Origin: a virus | Taxonomy: Duplodnaviria > Heunggongvirae > Uroviricota > Caudoviricetes | Virus record (IMG/VR): IMGVR_UViG_3300031992_000025 | Coordinates: 1-33,931 of that record | Strand: one strand, 5' to 3' | DNA length: 33,931 nucleotides | Part shown: one piece after another, positions 1 through 9,240 of the stretch | Position numbering within the stretch: position 1 is the stretch's first letter | Layout of the letters: each line of letters starts with the position of its first letter | Made by a program: the position numbers and the translations under genes | Notes under the pieces: generated by a model | Told to the model about the DNA's origin: nothing | The model's input: only the letters and a program-made list of their open reading frames with translations | Database searches by the model: none

Positions 1-48
1 CCCGATGACACAGAGATTTATGATGAAAATGAAAATTTAGTTGAATAA
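1..48 (+). CDS. 3' end of an upstream gene (partial, ...PDDTEIYDENENLVE*)
   Basis: Open frame from the window edge to TAA at 46-48, immediately followed by a promoter. Confidence 0.5.
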   Translation, partial: PDDTEIYDENENLVE

Positions 49-104
49 ACTATTTACATTTTCTATTTTTCGTGTTATAATATATTTGAAGAGAGGTAAG
101 AAGT

Positions 105-509
105 ATGGGCTTTAATAAAATTAGAACAATTAGAGTTAGCGAACGTGTGTTCGATCTCGTATGTGAAGATCTCGACAATGAAGCAACAGAAAACTATGTT
201 AAAATTTCTGGATACTTAGAATGCTTTAACAATTGCAGAGAACAAGGTTATGTTCTTCACGTAGATTCCGTTGATTGGGATAATCCAAACAGAACTAAAA
301 CTGATTTAGTTATCTGGGCTTTCGAAGCAAGAAGTTCAGATGAGATTGTCGTCTCTTGGCAAACTGAATATCCTCACAATGGAATGTTTAGTGAAGAAAC
401 TTACAACAATCGTAGAAAATATTTCCATTACGATGAATTACAAAAAGCAGCAAAGTTCATTATCGATTTAGTTAAGGAACATTTTGCACACGAATTTAGA
501 GGTAATTAA
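105..509 (+). CDS. Hypothetical early protein, 134 aa
   Basis: Promoter at 53, GAGGT RBS, TAA stop. Confidence 0.85.
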   Translation: MGFNKIRTIRVSERVFDLVCEDLDNEATENYVKISGYLECFNNCREQGYVLHVDSVDWDNPNRTKTDLVIWAFEARSSDEIVVSWQTEYPHNGMFSEETYNNRRKYFHYDELQKAAKFIIDLVKEHFAHEFRGN

Positions 510-511
510 TT

Positions 512-850
512 ATGGAAGAAAAAGATTTATTTGAAGAAATGGTCGATGAATTAGACTTAAATGAAATAGATGATTTTGAAATTAAGCCAGCAACGTATCA
601 AGTGTGGATGCTTGGTTATACTGAAGCTGAAGCTATTACTGACTTTGAAGTTTTAGTTAATGAATCTAAAGATGCAGAGCGCATGGTTGAATATGCTAAG
701 AAATTTGTAGATGAAAAAAGATACGAAAGCTCTATGCCATTTCCACCAGAAGTTGCATACATCGAAGTGTTAGTAGAAACAGTTGTTGATCTTGGAAACT
801 ATGAGTCTAATGAAGGAACTTTGTTCACAGCAACTGTAAAAGTGAAATAA
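512..850 (+). CDS. Hypothetical acidic early protein, 112 aa
   Basis: Starts 2 nt after the previous stop; ORF track. Confidence 0.85.
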   Translation: MEEKDLFEEMVDELDLNEIDDFEIKPATYQVWMLGYTEAEAITDFEVLVNESKDAERMVEYAKKFVDEKRYESSMPFPPEVAYIEVLVETVVDLGNYESNEGTLFTATVKVK

Positions 851-902
851 TTGTTTACAACACGAATTTATTGTGTTATAATATAAAATGCGAGGTAAAA
901 TT

Positions 903-1214
903 ATGAGAAAGTATTTTAACAAAATCAGATCAAAGTATTTAGGTAGAAAATTCGGTAGATGGACTGTTACAAGAGTGACACCAGTTTACACAAAAGGCTC
1001 TACTCACATGCGTTATTATTTAAGTAGAAAAACACATGATGGCGCAACTAAGACTGTTGCAGTAAGTTGCACAACTATGACTGCATTAGGTCGTGGCGAA
1101 ACTGATATGCCAACTTTATTACGTGGTAAAATGTTTCAACGCAAACGTTTTCCAAGCAAAGAATTTAGAAACTCTGCTTGGTATACTTATAACACAAACG
1201 GTAGTTTAGAATAA
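903..1214 (+). CDS. Hypothetical basic protein, 103 aa (GRKFGRWTV N-terminus)
   Basis: Promoter at 854; GAGGT at 892-896 favours ATG 903 over 888. Confidence 0.75.
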   Translation: MRKYFNKIRSKYLGRKFGRWTVTRVTPVYTKGSTHMRYYLSRKTHDGATKTVAVSCTTMTALGRGETDMPTLLRGKMFQRKRFPSKEFRNSAWYTYNTNGSLE

Positions 1215-1242
1215 TTACCAACATCGAAAGGAGGAAGTTGCG

Positions 1243-2160
1243 ATGGCAAGTCAAACATTCAACAACTTCAAGAATTACGCAAATCAATTAGAGAAAGAAC
1301 TTGGTATTAAATATGATGCTAAGCCTTATAAAGATACTATCAGGGTTATGCTTGATGGTTTTTGCAAAGCAATGGACGAAGGCGATGAACATCTTAAGAA
1401 CTTATATATCAGTGGTTTAATCTTACGTCATTGGGATAAAGTAAAGAAACTTGCAGATAGTTGCCCTGGCATCGATCTTAAAGGTGAAGAGTTCGTCGAC
1501 TGGGTTTATGAAGCAATTATGCTTGCTTGCGAATATCGTAAATGGCAAAAAGACGGAAGTGTCAATGCCCAACAATGTATCAATCAATGTATTGAAACTG
1601 TTAGAGTTAGACACTATTATGAATATAACTTAGACAAACACAAAGCGAACTACAATACTGTATCTTTAGAAACACCGGTGTGCGAAGAAGGCGATAATGG
1701 TGTTCAAAAAACACTTGGTGATACTATTTATGATGAAGATGCAGCAGCAGAAGTTAGTATGTCAGACGGATTTTCAAATGCAAAGCAACTAATTCAATCT
1801 TTCATCAACAAGAATCGTTTAGTTGAGGCAATTATTCTAGACATCATTGCTTTTGGTGATACACAAAAAGTTACAAAACACATTAAGAAAGGTTTTGATG
1901 AAAATGGTGAGTCTTATAAGTATTCAACTTATACATCGGAATTTTGGAAATTCAAAGCAGTCCAAATTCTTGCTAACTTACCAGAAGATTACCAACAATA
2001 CTTTCTTGAAACTTATTTAGTTAAGACAGCAGCGTTAGAAGCAGCTCTAGACGTGTTAAAACGTGCTAATAATCAAAAGTTATACAAAGAATTGCAAAAT
2101 ACTTTAACTTATGCAAAAAGCGTCTTAAACATCGCGATTTGAAACGATAATAACAATTAA
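1243..2160 (+). CDS. Phage sigma70-like transcription factor; ends at 2142 (TGA) in code 11 or 2160 (TAA, adds WNDNNN) in code 4
   Basis: GGAGG RBS; helical region-2-like segment (LILRHWDKVKKLA...EEFVDWVYEAIMLACEY) and region-3.2-like VSLETPV...TLGDTI; motif recognition only. Confidence 0.55.
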
Positions 2161-2168
2161 AAACACAC

Positions 2169-2191
2169 AACCTCTCAAATTGGGAGGTTTT
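2169..2191 (+). terminator. Intrinsic terminator after the sigma-like gene
   Basis: AACCTCTC-AAATT-GGGAGGTT hairpin followed by T residues. Confidence 0.65.
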
Positions 2192-2224
2192 CACATTGTA
2201 TAATAAAGTGAGGTAAACGACACT

Positions 2225-2953
2225 ATGTGGTTAGATATAATGAGCCAGTATAATACATTACAAGTAAATATCAAATTGGCGAATTTGCTTGGTTTAGAAG
2301 TTGCTACTTATTGGGCAGCACTGATGGACGTGTATGCGAGAGTAGTAAATAAATATAAAGATGAGTTAGAAGCGAATTCAGGATATTTTGAACTCGACAG
2401 AGACTATATTACTAAGAGAACGACATTACAGTTAGACAAACAGTTAGAGATCGATGCAGGACTCGGTAAACTCGGCGTATTACAACATCGCAATGAAAAC
2501 GAACTGAATTGGATCACACTAGATGTAGAAAAGCTTTGTGCGATCTTAGTAGATGACAGTATCGATGCGATCAGAGATGTTCAACGCGTTTCTAAACTTA
2601 GACGAGAAGATACCGCTCGCGCCAAGAAAGCATCGGTCAGAATAAATTTAGTCGCTGCACTAAAAGAAACTGATCCAGATGTGCTTACAGCTTACAATAA
2701 CTGGATCGACGCACTATTGGAAGCTAAGAAGCCGATTACTAGACAAGCTTTGGATATATACCAGAATAACTTAAACAATTACACTGATAACAAACAGGCG
2801 AAGATTAAAATTCTTGAGATTGCAACAACAAATGCTTACACTGAATTTGCGTGGTCTATGAAAATTTACGAAAAAGATTATCGTGGCAATGGAACATTTA
2901 TTGGTGTAAAGCAAAATAGAACTAGTGGAATTGATCCGAATTCAGGTTTTTAG
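2225..2953 (+). CDS. Putative replication initiator / winged-HTH DNA-binding protein, 242 aa
   Basis: N-terminus (NIKLANLLGLEVATYW...GYFELDRDYITKRTTL...LGKLGVL) resembles the wHTH of phage replisome organisers; GAGGT RBS. Confidence 0.45.
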   Translation: MWLDIMSQYNTLQVNIKLANLLGLEVATYWAALMDVYARVVNKYKDELEANSGYFELDRDYITKRTTLQLDKQLEIDAGLGKLGVLQHRNENELNWITLDVEKLCAILVDDSIDAIRDVQRVSKLRREDTARAKKASVRINLVAALKETDPDVLTAYNNWIDALLEAKKPITRQALDIYQNNLNNYTDNKQAKIKILEIATTNAYTEFAWSMKIYEKDYRGNGTFIGVKQNRTSGIDPNSGF

Positions 2954-2965
2954 GAGAAATTTAGT

Positions 2966-3259
2966 ATGAATGAATTTATAGCAAGACGATCATTAGAAGA
3001 AGATGCACTTCTAGAATATATTTCGAAAGCAAGAGTGTTAGACGATCTGTATCATCGAACAGGTGAGTTAGAAGAAACTATTGAAGCGATGGATAAAAAC
3101 ATCGACGATGTTGAGGAAACTGGTTTAGATGAAATTGTAGAAGTGATGTGCAAAGCTCGCAACGCACTAAATTTAGAAAGACTTGACCTCGAAATTCAAA
3201 TTCACAAGTTAGAGCTTTGGTTGGCAGAATTCGAAAAAATAAGACAATTAACCCGATAA
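2966..3259 (+). CDS. Hypothetical coiled-coil protein, 97 aa
   Basis: AGGAG RBS; heptad-like Leu/Glu pattern. Confidence 0.8.
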   Translation: MNEFIARRSLEEDALLEYISKARVLDDLYHRTGELEETIEAMDKNIDDVEETGLDEIVEVMCKARNALNLERLDLEIQIHKLELWLAEFEKIRQLTR

Positions 3260-3275
3260 ATTCGGGTTTTTTATT
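3250..3275 (+). terminator. Intrinsic terminator
   Basis: AACCCGA-TAAAT-TCGGGTT followed by a T run. Confidence 0.8.
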
Positions 3276-3329
3276 ATTTTTTAGCCAAAAATAGTGATTT
3301 TTTCACTGTTTTTAGTAGTTTTTTCACTA

Positions 3330-3700
3330 AAATTTAGTGAGAATTTAGCTGCAGATCTGTAAATTTAGTGTGATGATCATGTAACTGATCTGCAATTTGT
3401 GACTGTAACTTGTAACACGATCTGTAGTCGATCTGTATTCTAGTGAAATTTGTGACGGCATCCAGATGCACTAAACAGATGAATCAGGTTGCTGATCAGG
3501 TCTAGTGAATGACTGGCCAGCGTTCTAGTGAAGCTTTACAGTAACTGATCAGATGAATCTGTGTCATCTAGTGTGATGTACAGTAACAGATGCAGTAATA
3601 AGTGCGATGTACAGTAACGATGCAGTACTGTGTAACTGGATTTTGTGCCACTAGACTGAAAACAGGTTGATTTCGTGCATGTGTATGTGCGTTTCTTTTT
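3330..3700. repeat. Non-coding motif island A (YTAGTG / GATC / CAGATGAATCTG family)
   Basis: YTAGTG at 3334, 3365, 3440, 3502, 3525, 3568; 7 GATC in 3354-3550; direct repeat GATGTACAGTAAC(A)GATGCAGTA at 3575-3597 and 3606-3627; lies between a terminator and a promoter. Confidence 0.8.
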
Positions 3701-3781
3701 AATAATAAATAAAATGAAAAAGTATTTACAATTGGTCTAGAAAGTGATATAATATATATATAGAGAGTGAGGAATAAACAA

Positions 3782-3985
3782 ATGCAAGTAGTTACAGTTG
3801 AACGATTATTAAAACTTTTACAAGAACAAGTTAACAAAGGTAATGGAAAGAAAAAGATTCTATTATCAAATGACGATGAAGGTAATGGTTATCACGAAAT
3901 GTATTACGAAATTACTGAAGACGTCGCAGGTAATGATATGTGGGGAGAAATTAGTAATCCCGACGAATATATTATCTTAGGTTAA
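3782..3985 (+). CDS. Hypothetical early protein, 67 aa
   Basis: Promoter at 3725; GAGGA RBS supports ATG 3782. Confidence 0.8.
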   Translation: MQVVTVERLLKLLQEQVNKGNGKKKILLSNDDEGNGYHEMYYEITEDVAGNDMWGEISNPDEYIILG

Positions 3986-4224
3986 TGGAGGAACTGATAA
4001 TGACAAGACAAGAACTCGATACACTTTGGGAACTCGCATGTAAACTTCGTAAGGAAAGACTTGAAGAGATTAAAAAAGAAAATGACTTCACAGAAGAAGA
4101 ACTTCAAGAATTAGTCGACGACCCTTACTGCGAAGACCTCTACGACATTGATGATGGTGATAACTTAATTCAAGGTTTAGACATTGTGATAAGTGTTGTA
4201 GAAGACATGAAACCAACTGAATAA
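3985..4224 (+). CDS. Hypothetical acidic protein, 79 aa
   Basis: TAATG stop/start overlap with the previous gene. Confidence 0.8.
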   Translation: MEELIMTRQELDTLWELACKLRKERLEEIKKENDFTEEELQELVDDPYCEDLYDIDDGDNLIQGLDIVISVVEDMKPTE

Positions 4225-4310
4225 AAAAGTTTAAAGTAGACGTAAAAAAACGTTTACTTTTTCTTTTAAACGTGATATAATATTTATAGAATAAAGAGAG
4301 GTAAAAAACA

Positions 4311-4763
4311 ATGCAAGGACCAAAAGAAAAATATAATGCTGAAAAAGTATTAGAAAGATTAGAAGCAATGATTGAAAGAGGTTGCTCAAGAGAGATTAGA
4401 CAAGTCTATGACGAATTATCAATCTTCGACTGGTGGCCAGAAAGATTAACTATCACTCACATGAAACAAATGAGATCATTCTTGAGAGAAGCAATCAAGT
4501 TAGGTTATACTGGTTATGTTTGCTTTAAAGTCGGTGCTTCTGGTTGTGCTAATGGAATGTGGGCACACAAAGAAGAAGGTAAGGTAGAAGGTAAAGATGT
4601 CTACTCACCAGATGGCGATGCTATTTACAGAAGTTTCACACCTGATTACACTTATTGGTCATTTAATAAGAATGGCAAGTGGCTTCCAGACGGTGATACT
4701 CGTGGAACATACGACTCACTCAAAACCGCAAAGATGCTTGAAGAAGCACTTGCAAATGCTTAA
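4311..4763 (+). CDS. Hypothetical early protein, 150 aa
   Basis: Own hairpin and promoter (4253), GAGGT RBS. Confidence 0.85.
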   Translation: MQGPKEKYNAEKVLERLEAMIERGCSREIRQVYDELSIFDWWPERLTITHMKQMRSFLREAIKLGYTGYVCFKVGASGCANGMWAHKEEGKVEGKDVYSPDGDAIYRSFTPDYTYWSFNKNGKWLPDGDTRGTYDSLKTAKMLEEALANA

Positions 4764-4840
4764 ATAAAAAACTAAAAAGAAGTAAAAAACTATTTACTTC
4801 TTTTTTATTTTGTGGTATAATATATGTAGAGGATGAGAGT

Positions 4841-4999
4841 ATGAGGTATAATGTTAAAATTAAACTAAACAAAAATACACTTTACGAAGTTGAAGTTGAA
4901 GCAAGAAATGAAGCTGAAGCAATGTGCTTCGCTTACGACCAAATGGAATTAAATACTTATGCGGAGGCAAAAAGAATTTATGAAAGCAAAAAATTATAA
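4841..4999 (+). CDS. Small hypothetical protein, 52 aa (MRYNVKIKLNKNTLYEVEVEARNEAEA...)
   Basis: Directly after promoter 4793 and GAGGA; below the ORF-track size cutoff. Confidence 0.7.
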   Translation: MRYNVKIKLNKNTLYEVEVEARNEAEAMCFAYDQMELNTYAEAKRIYESKKL

Positions 5000-5300
5000 T
5001 CAAGTATTAAGAGCTCGCGGTTATAAAGCGAGAGAACTTAGCAAGTATGAAGGAATTTGTATCTACGAAAAAGTTCATAAGTTTAACAAGATAGTTTGCT
5101 ATGTTAAAAAAGACTCACATGGCAAAGGTCAAGAAATGACTTTCAATATCTATAGCACTTTGAAAACACCACAAGATATGGTTGAGTTTAAAGAGCAAGA
5201 ATTTGATAGAAGTTATCTTGCTAAAGAAGCAAATGCAATTCACGATGCTTTTGAAAAACTAAAAGACTTAAAAGCACCTAAACACTTATATTGTTTCTAA
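4980..5300 (+). CDS. Hypothetical protein, 106 aa
   Basis: GGAGG at 4963-4967 supports ATG 4980. Confidence 0.8.
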   Translation: MKAKNYNQVLRARGYKARELSKYEGICIYEKVHKFNKIVCYVKKDSHGKGQEMTFNIYSTLKTPQDMVEFKEQEFDRSYLAKEANAIHDAFEKLKDLKAPKHLYCF

Positions 5301-5367
5301 AAATTAAAAAAGGCTATTTACAAAGTAGCCTTTTTATGTTATAATATAATTGTAGGGAGAAAGAAAT

Positions 5368-5658
5368 ATGAAATACAAGATTTACCAAATTACAAACTAC
5401 AATGACTGCGATTATAAATTTGAATGGTGGGACTGGGCCAAAGAGAAATTTAACTTTGAGAGAGATTACTCATTAGTTTATGAAGGCGAGATTGAACTTG
5501 AAACCGATCCGATTTCAACACTTGAAAAACTATTTGAGATATTCAACATCAATCATCCAGCAGATTTTAGAGGTCACAGTTTGTCAGTCAGTGATGTTGT
5601 TGAGTTAGATGGTATTAAGTATTATTGTGACTCACAAGGTTGGGTAAAATTAAACTAA
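5368..5658 (+). CDS. YodL-like domain protein, 96 aa
   Basis: YKIYQI...LEKLFEIFNINHPADFRGHSLSVSDVVEL...YYCDS matches the YodL-family signature; own promoter at 5317. Confidence 0.75.
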   Translation: MKYKIYQITNYNDCDYKFEWWDWAKEKFNFERDYSLVYEGEIELETDPISTLEKLFEIFNINHPADFRGHSLSVSDVVELDGIKYYCDSQGWVKLN

Positions 5659-5729
5659 AAAATTTAATTAAAAAATTTATATAAAAATTAAAGGAGGTTC
5701 GTTGTATAATATAATAGGAGGCTATAGTT

Positions 5730-5945
5730 ATGAGATTAGAAGAAGGCAAATTAATTCTATCTGAGGCTGAACTTGCTGAAGTTAAAAAAGCAAACGTAAT
5801 GGCAAGCCCAAGCATTGCTGGTCTTTATCTACGTAGTTTTCTTAGAAATAAAAATTTAGTTGAAGACTTAGAAACACAACCTGATGTTAAATTTTATACA
5901 GAATGCGTGCAAGCATATAGAAGAAAGAATTTTGAAGTAAAATAA
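5730..5945 (+). CDS. Hypothetical protein, 71 aa
   Basis: TTGTATAAT at 5702-5710 and AGGAGG RBS. Confidence 0.8.
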   Translation: MRLEEGKLILSEAELAEVKKANVMASPSIAGLYLRSFLRNKNLVEDLETQPDVKFYTECVQAYRRKNFEVK

Positions 5946-6004
5946 AAAAAGTATTTACATCGTTTCACTAATATGTTATAATATATGTGTAAGCGAGGTA
6001 GTTT

Positions 6005-6301
6005 ATGCGAAACACAATTAAAAAAGAAACTGATATTTTCAAAAAAGATTTATCAAAAGTAGAAGGCTCTTACACAAAGTGTATTAGCGATAACATTAAC
6101 TTGATTTATGATCTTGGCGTCGATACTAAAGTCGATTTAGTTACATTTGTAAACAAGATTATAGATATAATTAAAGATGCAAAAGACACAGATGCAAAAC
6201 GAAACTTTTTAGTTAAGTTAAAAATGCAAAGAAGTAAAATGCACGCATTAGAATTTGTAAACAATGCATATCTTCGTGGCTGTGGTCTTGAAGCAATCTA
6301 G
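6005..6301 (+). CDS. Hypothetical protein, 98 aa
   Basis: Promoter at 5954, GAGGT RBS. Confidence 0.8.
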   Translation: MRNTIKKETDIFKKDLSKVEGSYTKCISDNINLIYDLGVDTKVDLVTFVNKIIDIIKDAKDTDAKRNFLVKLKMQRSKMHALEFVNNAYLRGCGLEAI

Positions 6302-6316
6302 AAAGGACGAACCACT

Positions 6317-6688
6317 ATGAACGACAGACGACTTGTCAAAAACACAGAAAACCCAGCAATGTTAGTTTTCTATCTTAACAAGCACAGAAAAGAAATTAAG
6401 CGTATTGCTGATGCCCCAAAAGGAACTTACACATTAACTGAATTTTATCGTGTAGTTAAACCAGCATTTATTGAAGCACCAAGCAAACCTTACACCAATG
6501 CAACTATTAATAAATATAGTGCAACAGTAAGACGTGGTAAAGCAAGTGCTGAATCACAAGCAAGATCAATTATGTATGTGCTTGAAAGAAATGATGAACT
6601 TTATGGTTATGGTGGAGGCAATAGAAAACCTCTTGAACCAAAAGATATTATTTCTGACGAAGAATTAGCAATGCTTGAAACAAAGTAA
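6317..6688 (+). CDS. Hypothetical basic protein, 123 aa
   Basis: AAGGA RBS; followed by a terminator. Confidence 0.8.
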   Translation: MNDRRLVKNTENPAMLVFYLNKHRKEIKRIADAPKGTYTLTEFYRVVKPAFIEAPSKPYTNATINKYSATVRRGKASAESQARSIMYVLERNDELYGYGGGNRKPLEPKDIISDEELAMLETK

Positions 6689-6704
6689 TACATTAAACAA
6701 ACAA

Positions 6705-6742
6705 AAATAAAGTTAGCGTATAAAACGTTAACTTTTTATTTT
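6705..6742 (+). terminator. Intrinsic terminator before island B
   Basis: AAAGTTAGCGT-ATAAA-ACGTTAACTTT hairpin (G-T wobble) followed by a T run. Confidence 0.7.
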
Positions 6743-6749
6743 ATATTAG

Positions 6750-7080
6750 CAGATGATGAATTTAGTGCATGATGAATTTAGTGTGAAAGCTACAGACTGT
6801 GATCGCAGCTTTATCCGACGATCAGTTAGCTGTTACGATTCTAGTGTGAAAGCTGCAGATCAGAAGCTGATCTTTTACAGCTGCATCGATCTATATTCTA
6901 GTGTGAATCACCACAGATCGTGGATACAGATTCATCTGCAATGTACGATCATGTCTAGTGAATCAGACTACGATGTTGATGAAAACAGTACGATTTCGAG
7001 CATTTGTTAGTGAACAAAAACATGATCTGCAAAGTTTTGTTCGCGATTTCATGTAGTAAACTGTTACAAAAATTTGCAAC
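6750..7080. repeat. Non-coding motif island B
   Basis: ATGATGAATTTAGTG tandem at 6753 and 6769; YTAGTG at 6762, 6778, 6841, 6898, 6955, 7007; TTCTAGTGTGAA twice; 8 GATC in 6801-7027; CGATCTATATTCTAGTG (6887) matches 3429-3445 at 16 of 17 positions. Confidence 0.8.
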
Positions 7081-7121
7081 AAAACGTTTACATCGAAACA
7101 CTAATGTGATATAATATAAGT

Positions 7122-7418
7122 ATGGAAGTAAAGATAACTAAACTTAACAACTTACAAATATGGCCAACTGGTTTTATTACAGTATCAGCGGTTCATTTTA
7201 AATTAGATGATGAAGATTATTTCTTGCATTACTCTGGCGAAGAATACGAAGACCATTTGACTTTATATAAAGGCAGAAACAAATGTCATCTTACTCGTAT
7301 TAGTTCTTGCTATGGAACATTAGATGACTTTATTAAATTCACAAAAAAGCCAAGATGTTTAAAGTATGTTGATACAGAAAACTTTATTGAGAAGTTAAAA
7401 GAAAAACATTTACTTTAA
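7122..7418 (+). CDS. Hypothetical protein, 98 aa
   Basis: Follows promoter 7087; nearly leaderless. Confidence 0.75.
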   Translation: MEVKITKLNNLQIWPTGFITVSAVHFKLDDEDYFLHYSGEEYEDHLTLYKGRNKCHLTRISSCYGTLDDFIKFTKKPRCLKYVDTENFIEKLKEKHLL

Positions 7419-7460
7419 TTTAAAAGTGTGTTATAATATTAATAGTGAGGTAAGAAAGAA

Positions 7461-7835
7461 ATGATTGATAAACAAACATTAGAAAACTTTAGGCAAGACT
7501 TCAATGAAGCAATGAAAGATTTAGAAACAAAGTATGGTTTTGTAATCGAACTTGGACGTATCACTTATACAGCAACAAGTTTCACCGGCAAACTCGAAGT
7601 CAATGAAGGTGATAGCAAAGACGACGTTAATGAAAAAGACTTCTATAAGTATTGCTCTATGTATGGCTTAAGTAAAGACGACTATGATAGACGTTTCACT
7701 TTCCAAGGCAATGATTATATTGTAGTTGGCATTAGACCAAGCAAACGCAAATACCCGATTTGTTGCCAGCAAGTTCAAAACGGCACCACTTATGGTTTCA
7801 CCGCTGAGTGTGTTAAACGTTGCTTAGGCAAATAA
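7461..7835 (+). CDS. Hypothetical phage protein, 124 aa
   Basis: Promoter at 7409, GAGGT RBS. Confidence 0.85.
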   Translation: MIDKQTLENFRQDFNEAMKDLETKYGFVIELGRITYTATSFTGKLEVNEGDSKDDVNEKDFYKYCSMYGLSKDDYDRRFTFQGNDYIVVGIRPSKRKYPICCQQVQNGTTYGFTAECVKRCLGK

Positions 7836-7894
7836 GAGAAGAATAAAACTTCTCTTTTTTATTTACAAAGTTCGAGAAACATGTTATAATATAT

Positions 7895-8323
7895 ATGAAG
7901 ATAAGCGAGGAATATAAAATGAAATTTAAAGAATGGTTATTAGCAAATTGGAACGAACTTAGAAAAGATACAAAACATTTCTCTGATGACGAACACAAAG
8001 TGTTAGACTTAGAAAACAACTCTTGGTGGATCAACTATTCACATGAAAAGCCGTTAGATAGTTGGGACAGATTATTTGCTTTATACTTAATTGACGTTCA
8101 CCCAGAATGTATTAATAAAACATGGGACGAAGTAAAAGACATTGAAGATATTAAAGACTTTGAAATTGGTGGTTATGAAGGTAATAGAGCTTATGACAAC
8201 TATGAACGTGAATGGCTTAGTGTTGATAATGCTTGGAGCGCAATGACTAATGTTGCTAAGCAAGGTAGAGAAGTAGTCTTAGTTGACTCTTACGAAGACG
8301 ACGGTTGGTTTGGTGCCAGCTAG
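7895..8323 (+). CDS. Hypothetical Trp-rich acidic protein, 142 aa (9 Trp, all TGG)
   Basis: Follows promoter 7862. Confidence 0.8.
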   Translation: MKISEEYKMKFKEWLLANWNELRKDTKHFSDDEHKVLDLENNSWWINYSHEKPLDSWDRLFALYLIDVHPECINKTWDEVKDIEDIKDFEIGGYEGNRAYDNYEREWLSVDNAWSAMTNVAKQGREVVLVDSYEDDGWFGAS

Positions 8324-8410
8324 AAATAAAAAGAAAAGTAAGTAGAAAAACTATTTACTTTTTTTCTTTTGTGTGTTATAATATATATGTAGAGAAGAGG
8401 TATACTAATT

Positions 8411-8794
8411 ATGGAAAGATTTGAATTTCATACTGCGTTTCAATTAACAAGAAAGATTATATTCGAAGTTAGTTATTACACTTTAGGCAGCAATGACTCT
8501 GCTTATTTCACAACTAGTGCTTGTGAGTTTAATCAACCTAAGACAGACTTTAATAGAGGTGGTCAAGCACAGAAAGACTTATGCTTTGGACCTGCTAAAG
8601 CATTCTATGAGAAGTGGGACAAGTATCATTTACATAGATTAGATGACGAACACTTTGAAGAAATGATTAAAGACTTAGAAGTATTAAAACAAAACTATAA
8701 TTACATTGAACACAAAGCCGATTGCCGTCCAGAAGATATTAGATTTTGGCAAGAGAAAGAATTGTCAATGCAAAAAGTAAAGAAAGTAAAATAA
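8411..8794 (+). CDS. Hypothetical protein, 127 aa
   Basis: Promoter at 8354, GAGG RBS. Confidence 0.85.
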   Translation: MERFEFHTAFQLTRKIIFEVSYYTLGSNDSAYFTTSACEFNQPKTDFNRGGQAQKDLCFGPAKAFYEKWDKYHLHRLDDEHFEEMIKDLEVLKQNYNYIEHKADCRPEDIRFWQEKELSMQKVKKVK

Positions 8795-8851
8795 CTTATT
8801 TACTTTTCTTTTTATCTGTGATATAATAATAATGTAAGGAGAAACTTATTT

Positions 8852-9052
8852 ATGAAGTGTTGTATTTGTGGAGTTGAAATTAATGGTTACGGAAATAACC
8901 CTGATGGTGCCGTATGGAAAACACCTACTGGAGAAATCGAACTACCAGAGTTTGAAGCAGACGACAGATGCTGCGACGAATGTAATTCTAAGTTTGTCAT
9001 ACCTGGCCGCATATATAGAATGAATTTGGTTAAGAGAGGAGAAACTAAATAA
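8852..9052 (+). CDS. Small Cys-rich (Zn-binding) protein, 66 aa
   Basis: MKCCICG...RCCDECN motifs; promoter at 8799; AGGAG RBS. Confidence 0.8.
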   Translation: MKCCICGVEINGYGNNPDGAVWKTPTGEIELPEFEADDRCCDECNSKFVIPGRIYRMNLVKRGETK

Positions 9053-9195
9053 TGTTTACCATATTCATAATCGTCGCTGCATGGAACTTAAACCTACCAC
9101 AGTGGCTACAAATATGCTTAACAGTATTTGGTGTCTTACATCTCTTGTTTGGAACTACCACACGAGTCGTGCATGAATATAAGGAGAGGAAATAA
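9052..9195 (+). CDS. Small membrane peptide, 47 aa (MFTIFIIVAAWNLNLPQWLQICLTVFGVLHLLFG...)
   Basis: TAATG overlap, AGGAG RBS, hydrophobic sequence. Confidence 0.65.
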   Translation: MFTIFIIVAAWNLNLPQWLQICLTVFGVLHLLFGTTTRVVHEYKERK

Positions 9196-9240
9196 AACCT
9201 CTTCTTTTTTTATTTACACAGTACGTAGAACATGATATAA

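Noticed and set aside
6753-7010. 85-aa ORF inside island B
   Set aside because: No RBS, lies after a terminator with no promoter, and the translation just mirrors the DNA repeats
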